From positions 14,742-78,741 of the forward strand of contig CAWHOE010000045.1 in assembly GCA_963830915.1 (NCBI GenBank): a DNA stretch of 64,000 nt, in the 5' to 3' direction. The DNA is from a candidate division FCPU426 bacterium. Its GTDB lineage: Bacteria > Oederibacteriota > Muellerivitia > Muellerivitales > Muellerivitaceae. Within the stretch, counting starts at the first letter, position 1; each line of letters opens with the position of its first letter. Position numbers and translations under genes: made by a program. Below, one piece after another: positions 23,001 to 31,987 of this stretch. The notes under the pieces were generated by a model. It was not told the DNA's origin, did no database searches, and saw only the letters and a program-made list of their open reading frames with translations.

Positions 23001-24461
23001 AACACCACAACACCAACGAATACTTACACTCCGACCGATACGAGTACCTCGACAAAAACAGCGACTAATACGGATACCATGACGGCGACGGCGACCTCGA
23101 CATCGACCTTTACTTTCACCCCCACGAATACCGCCACCTTCACATTCACACCAACCCCGACGACTGGGATAACCTTGAATAAATCAGTCAACCAGAATTC
23201 CGCCCAATCAGGCGATGTTCTCCTCTATACATTGGCTGTCACTATTACGGGTGGAACCGCTAATGGAATCGTGGTTCGGGACGCTCTCCCGGCCAATGTG
23301 ACTTTCAATGCATTCGTTTCGGCGCCCACAGGCACAACGCCTGTTTACAACGCGGCTACTTCACAAATGACTTGGACCCTGCCATCGTCGTTAGCTGCTG
23401 GTGTTTACAATATCCAATATGAAACGAATGTTAATAATTTCATCATGGGAGGGACTGTCCTCAAAAACTGCGCTCAATTGACCGCTTCGGGGTTATCGGC
23501 GCCTTTGACTAGCTGCGCCAATGTGACGGTTACCGGAAATTATACTGTACGTATTGGGGTCTATAACGAAGCGGGTGAGTTAGTAAAACAAATATTGATC
23601 CAGCAATTCTCTCAGCCCATCAACAGCCTTACCCTCGAATCAAGCAATTCCATTACGAGCCTGCATGGGACCAATAGCGTTATCAATATTTATTACGAGG
23701 GTTACGAGATAGGTACCTGGGATGGCACGACTACAAGCGGTTCGCCTGCCCTGAACGGGGTTTATAACATAAAAGTTGATAATGTTGACAGCTACGGCGT
23801 GGTTAAAAGCACCACTGTACAAGCGGTCGTAAGCCGCTCGCTTTATACCTTCGCTGTTCTTATCTATAACGAGGCCGGGGAAGTCATTCGCCATCTTGAT
23901 ACCTTTGTGGATGATCCTGGATTGAATAGTGTTATCAACATGAAATTATCTGCGAATGTTATCGTGCCTTCCGGAGGCACTTCTTCCGCAGGAATACCAG
24001 GAAATTTGACTATTACTTTAAGCAATGGTATGGCTGTAACCTGGGATGGCAAAACCGATAACGGGGCTTATGTCAGTACTGGTCAGTATTTTGTGGAGGT
24101 CACTTCTCAGAATGGCCAGGGCGGAGGGGAGACGGTATTGACACAGGAAGTTTCGGTCATGGGGACAAACTCACAGGTCGGGACAGGTCAGATTACTACG
24201 GTTCCGAACATTCTCAACTCAGCCAATGGTTTTCTTGCGACTTTCAGCAGCAATTCACCTATGAACCTGACATTGACCGTCAAGATCTACACCATGGCGG
24301 GGGAACTGGTGAAGTTTGTCTCCGGAGATACTGGCAGCAACAGGGCGGTTTGGGATGGCTCGACGGTCGCAAGCGGTCTTTATATCGCTGAGATAGAATC
24401 CAATTATATGACCGGCGGTTTGGCGAGAATCCAGACGACCAAGATAGTTGTGGTCCATTAA
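20013..24461 (+). CDS. Large secreted non-catalytic protein: DUF11/Ig-like + lectin-like insert + Thr stalk + DUF11 + three FlgD-Ig-like modules
   Basis: DUF11-type motifs (NK...GD...YT..VTD.VPAGVT..LTW..ISNTA); repeated IYNEAGE..WDG..G.Y; ends KIVVVH. Confidence 0.75.
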   Translation: MKIQGNRKEENFPSCPQMFKFRNLIKSFSLLMIFLLAFSICTEAQAVNITILGYGITPPAPQPGQSFQMSVTYTNCAWSAPSSWEVAFSSDGTTVIGCPAAGQVFLVDNNGIDSYDAGVNGGQMGWTGPVDELGVGIVASDSNSLGSPACLAVTYVNNWNLVLPPTANYGSSYNLIIGGGDYNVQCGSVPQDGSEVNIPLTIPVPPATILGVNKIAEGGSAANGDLVLFTVNYDFVNSPAGNTVTDIVPAGVTVVQMGPVTPVTTSQTGTTPGSTLTWNIPGSALESKGQVWFLARVNETSGTISNTATLHLGGGASQVSNVANSTVGGGGFSLIKSQSPASGVLTNGSNITYTLAYSINGFSLQWYDSYDTTATAPNGADGAVTSAFGYDGTGYTDIPSLAPGCCDPNGGGFVLKTDAQGNRYLVATSTYNTTGGDYPVYLRNGGVSFCGNSTYVVEGDMQIPTTSQGVSYGADADLVVAYSAQAGTTYTLLAGISLDNNPYGFIQMQANECPASCPMAGAGLTAYGGVNGAVTIEAGIWYTVRAIVTVTAGVISSIKEIVWERGNPSLVDTYTWTTPPAFPNLCTAGVTWQQGWESTATASPDYYANLKFSQADPVNNTILTDVEPAGLAMSGHSEVNAGGTVNFSQAGSTLKWTFPGTNYNLQGAVTWWAPVVCGAGGTFVNQAAITADGDQAVTSNAVTAVLSCSTPTFTDTPTNTATNTDTFTATNTATTTPTRTPTNTATNSATNSPTFSPTNTNTKTPTFTATNTDTVTPTVTPTNTATTTNTATYTATSTPTFTPTNTKTVTPTNTITNTATPTDTKTNTDTTTPTSTQTDTPTNTPIITNTPTNTPTNSATSTLTKTPTNTYTNTNTTTVTNTFTPTLTPTNTMTSTPTNTVTDTTTPPNSPTNTDTVTLTNTPTNSNTTTPTVTPTDTISPTDTATITDTYTPTNSATSTNTPTTTDTYTDTPTNTNTALNTYTNTATTTDTFTATNTTTPTNTYTPTDTSTSTKTATNTDTMTATATSTSTFTFTPTNTATFTFTPTPTTGITLNKSVNQNSAQSGDVLLYTLAVTITGGTANGIVVRDALPANVTFNAFVSAPTGTTPVYNAATSQMTWTLPSSLAAGVYNIQYETNVNNFIMGGTVLKNCAQLTASGLSAPLTSCANVTVTGNYTVRIGVYNEAGELVKQILIQQFSQPINSLTLESSNSITSLHGTNSVINIYYEGYEIGTWDGTTTSGSPALNGVYNIKVDNVDSYGVVKSTTVQAVVSRSLYTFAVLIYNEAGEVIRHLDTFVDDPGLNSVINMKLSANVIVPSGGTSSAGIPGNLTITLSNGMAVTWDGKTDNGAYVSTGQYFVEVTSQNGQGGGETVLTQEVSVMGTNSQVGTGQITTVPNILNSANGFLATFSSNSPMNLTLTVKIYTMAGELVKFVSGDTGSNRAVWDGSTVASGLYIAEIESNYMTGGLARIQTTKIVVVH

Positions 24462-24694
24462 CCCCATTACTTTGATTTAAATAAAATTATTTCCACAATT
24501 CACTGAATTTCGCGACCCCGCGACTAAATCCATTTGGCAAGCTAAAATTTCACGTGAATATCGTTTAAAAACAAAGTTTTTTAAATTTTATTTTTGTGGT
24601 AAAGGCTTAATTTTAATTTGGACTGAACTTATTTTGCCAAGAAACCATTATTTTTAATTGAGGTATAATTAAAAGAGATCTTTGCGAGAACATT

Positions 24695-24714
24695 AAGGGA
24701 ATAATTTTCGCATT
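24695..24714 (+). promoter_or_regulatory. Degenerate sigma54-type promoter
   Basis: aagGGaataattttcGCatt, GG-N10-GC with the same flanks as the three better copies. Confidence 0.45.
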
Positions 24715-24787
24715 GAAAACAGAAACATTTAACCCTAATGGGTACCGATTAAACTGAACTTCATTGACAAGTTATGAAAGCGCTTCA

Positions 24788-27700
24788 ATGAGAAAATTTT
24801 ATATAAAACTCACACTAAAAACGTTTGCGGTTTTTGCTTTGGGTTATTTATTTGCCGTTTCAACGGCTTTTTCGGCGGTAACCATCACTGGGCTTACAGT
24901 TACCCCGGCTACCTTTTGCCCAGGTGACACCATCAATGTTACGTTCAATGTTTGCAACGATAATCAATATTACGCTCCGCCAGGGGATGTGATCATTGTC
25001 CTGGAAAACGAATCGGTAATTCCAACGGCGCCTACCACATTTGGGAATACGACCTTATCGAGCGGTTCGTGGGAATTGCTTGATACGGCGGGTGTCATCA
25101 ACCCGCCTTCAACCACTTGGTTGAATACCGGGGGTTACGCGACCAACCCTCCCGAAGCGGTCGTAAATGGAACTCCCCTTTGTAAGTCGGTTACTTTCAA
25201 CCTGGTGACACCCATTACTGGGATGAAATACGGGACCGGTTACCGTGTCCACCTTGGTTACCAGGATAACTACGTTAACTTCACTCCGGCTCAGGATTAT
25301 TACTTCAATCTCACCAGCTGTATCCCCGCCCCGAACGCCACCATCAACAAGCAAGCGGAGGGTGTGGCGAATCCGGGCGATCCCATCCTCTATATGTTGA
25401 ATTATAACGTGGTCAATTCCACCAACGTCGTATTGAACGATCCTTTGCCCGCCGGGGTGACATTCGTGGCGGCTTCCCCGGGATATACGGGTGTTACCCC
25501 CGGCACCGTGTGCCCTTGCAATGTCACCTGGAATTTGCCCAACGCCGACGGGACGGCGTCAACCCCGTACAATATTGTCGGTACGGAATGGATCGAAGTC
25601 CAAGTCCCCAACGGCGCTGTCAGCGGGACTTGGATCAATAATACGGCCAATATCACTACGACCCAACAGGGGGTGGTGAATTCGGACGCGGTCAGCCTTC
25701 AGGTTTCTTCTGGCCTTAATATCTCTGTGAGTAAACAACAATTGGACGCGCAAGGGGTCAATCCGATCTCGTCACTCAGCTCAGGCCAGACCGTCACCTA
25801 CCAGCTTAATTTCACCCTTTCAGGTCTTGGCCTCAAGTGTTTTGAGAGCTTTGATGAATTAACGACTGGCGCGTCCTCAAGCAACCCGGGGCTCGCTGAT
25901 TGGACTGCGGTAACGGAAGATAATCTCGGATCGACCTCAGCCAATTGGCAAGTCCTGCAAGACCCGTCCGGCAATAAATATCTCAAGGCTACCACCAGTA
26001 ATTATGGCTACCTTGAATACGACTGCCCCAACATGCTCAACGCGGACCAGAATTATTGCGAGGGTACCATTGAAACGGACGCGTATATGGGAAGCGTCAA
26101 TACGGATATGGGCATTCTGGTTCGATGGAAGACGGGAAGTTCAGGGACTGGTGCGAATGGTTACCGCGCTATTTGGGTCGTCATGTCCAAGGATCCGAGC
26201 TTCGGTGCGAGCAATGGGCCCAATTGCGGTGGCAACTTGGCTTTGCAATTCAATTGGGGGCAAGGCGGCGCTGGAGCTTACCGGGATGTATTGGCTTGTT
26301 ATACGGCCCCCACCCCGCCGAATGACCTGCAATGGTACACTATCAAAATTGTCACGACCCAGGTGGGATGTGCGATGCGTTACCAGGTGAAATATTGGGT
26401 GAGGGGAACACCGGAGCCCCCGGCTTGGATGATTGACTATACGGATAGTTCGGCTATCGCCTACCCAGGTGATCCCACGAGCCACGATTATTGCACCGGC
26501 GATTGGGCTTGCGAGGGAGCCAGCGCCCCGACGAACGTCTGGCGGCCCGGCATCGGCAACCAGGGCGATTTGAACGCCTTCGATAATTTCAGGGTTTTCG
26601 CCAATAATTACCTGCAGAACGGGGTGTTGACCGACACGGTCCCAACCGGGATTACCTACTCCAGTATTACTTCGGGCGTCGGGACTTACACTCCTCCCTT
26701 TGTGCAATGGGATTTCACCGGAAACCAAAATGGGGCCACTAGCGGCAAGATCTACGACGCTTCCGGGAATATGACCTGGCAGGGAGTGGCCAATTGCGCG
26801 GCTGGGGTAGGCGCGGTCACCAATATCGGCGCTTTGACCGGACAAAACACGCTTGGGACAAGCGCGGGTGTTTATAAATCCAATCAAACCATATTGACCA
26901 TGATGTGCAGCTCTCCGACGGATACGCCCACACCCACTAACACCGCTACTAATACCTCGACCCTGACCCCAACCAATTCGGCGACGAATACGGTCACTAA
27001 TTCACCGACTTACACTCCCACCAACACGAATACGAAGACCCCCACCTTCACGGCTACCAATTCGGCTACGGTGACCCCGACCATGACCGCGACCAACACA
27101 AGTACCAGCGCCAATACCCCGACGAACACCTCGACCTCTACGGCGACTTACACTCCCACTAGTACCAATACGATCACACCGACCAGCACCACCACCAACA
27201 CGGTAACCCCCACTAATACCAAAACGAACACAGATACGACCACACCCACCTCAACTCAGACCGATACCCCTACTAATACACCCATCATTACCAATACACC
27301 CACCAATACCCCCACTAATAGCGCTACAAATACCTTAACTAAAACACCTACGAATACCTCGACGATGACCGACACATTTACGACGACCTTAACAGCGACG
27401 AATTCCAACACGACCACCCCAACCAATACAAACACCAATACTATTTCCCCGACCGATACCATTTCCCCAACCGATACGGCGACAATCACGTATACCTTTA
27501 CACCAACCAATACCGCTACCCCAACCAATACGTCAACGACTACCGATACATTTACAGCCACACCGACCAATACCAATACAGCACTTAACACATTCACGAA
27601 TACCGCGACCACAACCGATACCTTCACCGCTACCAATACGGCGACACCGACGAATACCTACACACCGACTGATACGAGTACCTCGACAAAAACCGCGACC

Positions 27701-29095
27701 AATACGGATACCCTGACGGCGACAGCCACATCCACATCGACCTTTACCTTTACCCCGACGAATACCGCTACCTTAACCTCAACGCCGACCCCGACGACCG
27801 GGATAACCTTGAACAAGTCGGTCGACCAGAATTCAGCCCAATCGGGTGATGTTTTGCTCTATACATTGGACGTTAAGGTTTCTGGGGGAACGGCGACAGG
27901 AGTGGTGGTCCAGGACGCGCTTCCAGCTAATGTGACCTTCAATTCATTTGTTTCCGCGCCCACTGGCACAACGCCGGTTTATAACGCCGCCACCTCCCAG
28001 ATGACTTGGAATCTGCCATCAGCCTTGCCTGCGGGGGAATACAAGATCCAATATGAAACGAATGTCAACAATTTCATCATGGGAGGGGCCATCCTCAAGA
28101 ATTGCGCGCAATTGACTGCTTTGGGTTTGTCGGCGCCATTGACCAGTTGCGCCAATGTGACAGTGACCGGTAATTACACGGTGCGCATTGGGGTTTATAA
28201 CGAGGCCGGTGAGTTGGTGAAACAAATATTGATCCAACAATATTCCCAACCTATCAATAGTATTACCCTTGAATCGAGCAATACCATTACGAGCCTGCAT
28301 GGGGCCAATAGCGTTATCAATATTTATTACGAGGGTTATGAGATTGGCACTTGGGATGGCACGACGACCAGCGGTTCGCCGGCTCTCAATGGGATCTACC
28401 ACATCAAGGTGGATAATGTGGATAGTTTAGGAGTGGTGAAAACTACCACATTACAGGCGGTCGTCAGCCGAACGCTTTATACATTAGCCGTTCTTATCTA
28501 TAACGAGGCAGGGGAAGTCATTCGCCATCTTTATACCTATGTGGATGATCCTGGGTTGAATAATGTTACCAGCATGAAATTATCCACTAACATCATTGTT
28601 CCTTCGAGTGGATCTCCTTCTACGGGAATGCCAGGGGACCTGTCTATAACTTTAAATAATGGTATGGCGGTGACCTGGGATGGCAAAACCGACAATGGAT
28701 CTTATGTAAGTACCGGACAGTATTTCGTGGAAATACATTCGCAGGATGGCCAGGGGGGTGGAGAAACGGTCTTGACCCAGGAAGTTTCGGTCCTGGCCAC
28801 GAATCGACAAGTGGGAACGGGACAGATCACGGCGAGCCCGAATATATTGAACACATCTAACGGGTATCTGACGACTTTCACCAGTGATTCATCCTTGAAC
28901 TTGACCTTGACAGTAAAGATATACACTGTGGCGGGGGAACTGGTGAAATTCATCCCTGGGGATCCTGGCAGCAACAAGGCGGTTTGGGACGGCTCGACGG
29001 TCGCTAGCGGTCTTTATATCGCCGAGATCGAATCCAATTATATGACCGGCGGTTTGGCGAGGATCCAGACGACCAAGATAGTGGTAGTCCATTAA
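24788..29095 (+). CDS. Paralog of 20013-24461 with a divergent N-terminal half and a near-identical C-terminal DUF11 + 3x FlgD-like region
   Basis: ATG 24788 begins a signal peptide (MRKFYIK..STAFSA); from TGITLNKSV onward it aligns almost residue for residue with the upstream gene. Confidence 0.75.
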   Translation: MRKFYIKLTLKTFAVFALGYLFAVSTAFSAVTITGLTVTPATFCPGDTINVTFNVCNDNQYYAPPGDVIIVLENESVIPTAPTTFGNTTLSSGSWELLDTAGVINPPSTTWLNTGGYATNPPEAVVNGTPLCKSVTFNLVTPITGMKYGTGYRVHLGYQDNYVNFTPAQDYYFNLTSCIPAPNATINKQAEGVANPGDPILYMLNYNVVNSTNVVLNDPLPAGVTFVAASPGYTGVTPGTVCPCNVTWNLPNADGTASTPYNIVGTEWIEVQVPNGAVSGTWINNTANITTTQQGVVNSDAVSLQVSSGLNISVSKQQLDAQGVNPISSLSSGQTVTYQLNFTLSGLGLKCFESFDELTTGASSSNPGLADWTAVTEDNLGSTSANWQVLQDPSGNKYLKATTSNYGYLEYDCPNMLNADQNYCEGTIETDAYMGSVNTDMGILVRWKTGSSGTGANGYRAIWVVMSKDPSFGASNGPNCGGNLALQFNWGQGGAGAYRDVLACYTAPTPPNDLQWYTIKIVTTQVGCAMRYQVKYWVRGTPEPPAWMIDYTDSSAIAYPGDPTSHDYCTGDWACEGASAPTNVWRPGIGNQGDLNAFDNFRVFANNYLQNGVLTDTVPTGITYSSITSGVGTYTPPFVQWDFTGNQNGATSGKIYDASGNMTWQGVANCAAGVGAVTNIGALTGQNTLGTSAGVYKSNQTILTMMCSSPTDTPTPTNTATNTSTLTPTNSATNTVTNSPTYTPTNTNTKTPTFTATNSATVTPTMTATNTSTSANTPTNTSTSTATYTPTSTNTITPTSTTTNTVTPTNTKTNTDTTTPTSTQTDTPTNTPIITNTPTNTPTNSATNTLTKTPTNTSTMTDTFTTTLTATNSNTTTPTNTNTNTISPTDTISPTDTATITYTFTPTNTATPTNTSTTTDTFTATPTNTNTALNTFTNTATTTDTFTATNTATPTNTYTPTDTSTSTKTATNTDTLTATATSTSTFTFTPTNTATLTSTPTPTTGITLNKSVDQNSAQSGDVLLYTLDVKVSGGTATGVVVQDALPANVTFNSFVSAPTGTTPVYNAATSQMTWNLPSALPAGEYKIQYETNVNNFIMGGAILKNCAQLTALGLSAPLTSCANVTVTGNYTVRIGVYNEAGELVKQILIQQYSQPINSITLESSNTITSLHGANSVINIYYEGYEIGTWDGTTTSGSPALNGIYHIKVDNVDSLGVVKTTTLQAVVSRTLYTLAVLIYNEAGEVIRHLYTYVDDPGLNNVTSMKLSTNIIVPSSGSPSTGMPGDLSITLNNGMAVTWDGKTDNGSYVSTGQYFVEIHSQDGQGGGETVLTQEVSVLATNRQVGTGQITASPNILNTSNGYLTTFTSDSSLNLTLTVKIYTVAGELVKFIPGDPGSNKAVWDGSTVASGLYIAEIESNYMTGGLARIQTTKIVVVH

Positions 29096-29315
29096 GTAGA
29101 ATTTTTCTTTAAAACATCGGGTTTAATATATCGCTAGGGCTCTTATTGTTCAGATTAGCCTATGGAAAGCGCTTCCTGTTTTGTCGAATCTAAAACAACG
29201 AATGTCGGTTTTTTTAACACTCCCCTTTATTTTCTCCTTATAATTTCACTGAAACGTACAGGTCACTCAAAAAATGGGTGTTATGCCTTTAAATTGCCCT
29301 TTCATTTGTGGGGGA

Positions 29316-29336
29316 AAAGGGCATAAAAATTGCATT
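29316..29336 (+). promoter_or_regulatory. Sigma54 (-24/-12) promoter
   Basis: aaagGGcataaaaattGCatt, one mismatch to the 10273/16169 copies. Confidence 0.75.
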
Positions 29337-29449
29337 TGTTCATAAGGGACAGAACAAGAAGCCTGGCTCCAGTGAAAATTGAATCGTTCCCAGGCCGCTT
29401 TTTTAAACGGGGCAATATAGAAAAAAGGGTTATAAGGACCATTCAAACC

Positions 29450-31873
29450 ATGAAAATATCCCGAAACATTCAAATAGCCTGGAAGGTTTCCTTGATCCTT
29501 CTGGGGATTTTTTTGAATCTCACTCCTCGAACCGTGATAGCCCAACCAGCCCAATTGATGGTCTCGGGCAATCAGATCGTGACCGCCAGCGGGGGCTGTA
29601 CGGTTCGTTTTAAAGGCGTCAATATCGACAGCTTGGAATATAACAGCGTCGGAGATGGCCCTTCTGGGGATATCCTCACGGCCATACAAGCGGCCGTTAC
29701 CGGTTGGGGCGCGAATATCATCAGGCTTCCCTTATGTCAGGACCGTTGGTTCGGGGTCGCCAACACCAACAACAAGACAGCCGCTTATTACCAATCCCTT
29801 GTTCAAGGAATCGTCCAGTATTGCTCCACCAACAATGTTTATATAATCTTGGATCTTCATTGGTCCGGCACATATAGTGGAACGGCCCCTACGGCACCTG
29901 TAGCGGGAACGAATGGATGGGGTACCGCCACCGCTCAACAGGTTATGCCGGATTGGAATAGTGTCACCTTTTGGAGTTCGGTTGCCAGTACTTCTTGGGT
30001 TCAAAATAATCCCGCTGTTCTTTTAGACCTCTATAACGAGCCTCATCCGGACGCCAGCTTGGGATTCCCCAATGATTGGAATTGCTGGTTGTCTGGTGGT
30101 AGCACCAGTAATACGCCTAGTCAAACGCCTGGAATGCAGTATCTTTTGAACACCATCCGAGGGGTTGGGGCCAATAACATGGTGATCGCGGGTGGTCTCC
30201 AGTTCTGCCAGGATTTAAGCGACATCAATGTTTACGGTCTTACTGATACGGCTTCTGGGTATGGCGTTGTTTATGGGGCGCATATCTACGGGAACACTAC
30301 CGGTGATACCAATACCAAATGGAACAATCAGATCGCGACCTACACCACCAAACATCCGGTATTCGTCGGGGAATTCGGTCCCAGCACCAATTGCAATACG
30401 GATGATACGACTTTTGACAGTAATTTTTTTCCGTGGCTGAACGGAAGCAACGTCAATAGTTATGTTTTCCCCGGTGGGACTGGTTGGTCATATCATCCTT
30501 CCTCTTGCCCGAATATGCTCAATTCGGATTGGGTGACGCCCACTAGTTGGGGAACGGTCGTGAAAAACTGGCTGGCAACGCCTGTCCCCACTTGTCCGAC
30601 CGGACCGGTTAATACTCCTACTTTCACCAATACCAAAACGAACACTCCCACTTTTACCCCTACCAAGACATTCACGCTCTCGTTCACTCCGACCAATAGT
30701 TTTACTCCAACCAATACCCCCACATGGACCAACACAAAGACCGCCACCAATACCTTCACCTCGACCAACACCCCCCAACCGCCAACCGACACACCGACCT
30801 TTACATGGACCAATACCTTTACGGATACATTCACATCAACCAATACCCTGCCGGCCGGAACCAACACCAATACACCTGTTAATACGGATACTCCGACCTT
30901 TACCTCCACACCTGATCCGACCGATACCCCGGGCTCCGGTTCAACCAATACTTTCACGGTGACACCCGACCCGACCGATACCCCAGCCTCGGGGTCCACC
31001 AACACACCGTCGTTCACTACGACACCTGATCCTACCGATACGCCTGGGTCGGGTTCCACGAATACCCCGACCGCCACCCCGGTTACCGCTCAAGTTAGCC
31101 AGGGCCCGGCTGCCCCGCCATCTTCCATAAGCGATTTAAGCGGTTCAGCGGGCGTTACTGTCGCGGAGCCTAAGATCAACAACCCTAGTTCGGGCACGTT
31201 CACGATGACTAGTCTGATCGTGACTGAATCAGGTAGCCCCGCTTCGGATATTACTTCTCTTATTCTTTCGAGGAATGGAACCACCTTAGCTGTGGCGAGT
31301 TTTGCGGGATCCACGGCGACATTCAATTTTTCCGATGTGGTTCCGATCAACGGGTCAGCTATTTATGACATTGCCGTTAATTTCTCGTCGACCGCGGTCG
31401 GAACTTATCAGTTCTCCGTTTTGAACGCGGTGGCGACGAACGGACAAAGTATCAATTTCAACGGGTTCCTCTTGCCTGGCGCCCAGGTAACCGTCAGTCA
31501 AGCAACGCCGACATTGACCTTCAGCCCGACTTTCACATCTTCTCCAACCTTTACGCCAACCTCTACCCCATCATCCACACCGACCACCATACCTATCACG
31601 GCCTCTTTTCCCAATCCCACCAATGGGCGTCCTGTGGAGGTCGACATCGATACGCCCTCCAACGCCTTGATCAAATGGGATGTTTTCACCGCGGCCTTCC
31701 GGAAGATCAGGGGCGACGCCCGTAATTACAGCGCGGGAGTCGTCCGAGTGATCTGGGACTTGCGCGATTCGAAAGCTTATCCTGTTTCCGATGGGATTTA
31801 TTACTTACGGGTCCAAGTCGATAACAGCGCCGGCCGTAAGGTCGTCATCAATAAAGTGCTCGTCATAAGATAA
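29450..31873 (+). CDS. Secreted GH5 endoglucanase + Thr/Pro stalk + Ig-like domain + C-terminal sorting-like domain
   Basis: AAGGA RBS before ATG 29450; IRLPL, LDLHW, LDLYNEPH, HIY, VGEFG; 3x TPDPTDTPxSGSTNT; FPNP..TAAFRKI..WDLRD..DGIYY..KVLVIR. Confidence 0.9.
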   Translation: MKISRNIQIAWKVSLILLGIFLNLTPRTVIAQPAQLMVSGNQIVTASGGCTVRFKGVNIDSLEYNSVGDGPSGDILTAIQAAVTGWGANIIRLPLCQDRWFGVANTNNKTAAYYQSLVQGIVQYCSTNNVYIILDLHWSGTYSGTAPTAPVAGTNGWGTATAQQVMPDWNSVTFWSSVASTSWVQNNPAVLLDLYNEPHPDASLGFPNDWNCWLSGGSTSNTPSQTPGMQYLLNTIRGVGANNMVIAGGLQFCQDLSDINVYGLTDTASGYGVVYGAHIYGNTTGDTNTKWNNQIATYTTKHPVFVGEFGPSTNCNTDDTTFDSNFFPWLNGSNVNSYVFPGGTGWSYHPSSCPNMLNSDWVTPTSWGTVVKNWLATPVPTCPTGPVNTPTFTNTKTNTPTFTPTKTFTLSFTPTNSFTPTNTPTWTNTKTATNTFTSTNTPQPPTDTPTFTWTNTFTDTFTSTNTLPAGTNTNTPVNTDTPTFTSTPDPTDTPGSGSTNTFTVTPDPTDTPASGSTNTPSFTTTPDPTDTPGSGSTNTPTATPVTAQVSQGPAAPPSSISDLSGSAGVTVAEPKINNPSSGTFTMTSLIVTESGSPASDITSLILSRNGTTLAVASFAGSTATFNFSDVVPINGSAIYDIAVNFSSTAVGTYQFSVLNAVATNGQSINFNGFLLPGAQVTVSQATPTLTFSPTFTSSPTFTPTSTPSSTPTTIPITASFPNPTNGRPVEVDIDTPSNALIKWDVFTAAFRKIRGDARNYSAGVVRVIWDLRDSKAYPVSDGIYYLRVQVDNSAGRKVVINKVLVIR

Positions 31874-31987
31874 TTTTCTTTATCGTTTCAACTATGGTAT
31901 ATGCACGTGTTACGAAAAGTCCGGTCCTGGGATTTTTCTTATATTTAGCGATAGAATAAATAGGTGAAATATTAGAGAGGATAATGG

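Noticed and set aside
22140..29095. Diversity-generating retroelement explanation for the duplicated tails
   Set aside because: Differences look mostly synonymous and not adenine-specific, both copies are coding, and no reverse transcriptase is present
29330..29449. ORF-track N-terminal extension of the second GH5
   Set aside because: It overlaps the sigma54 box; ATG 29450 has an RBS and begins the signal peptide
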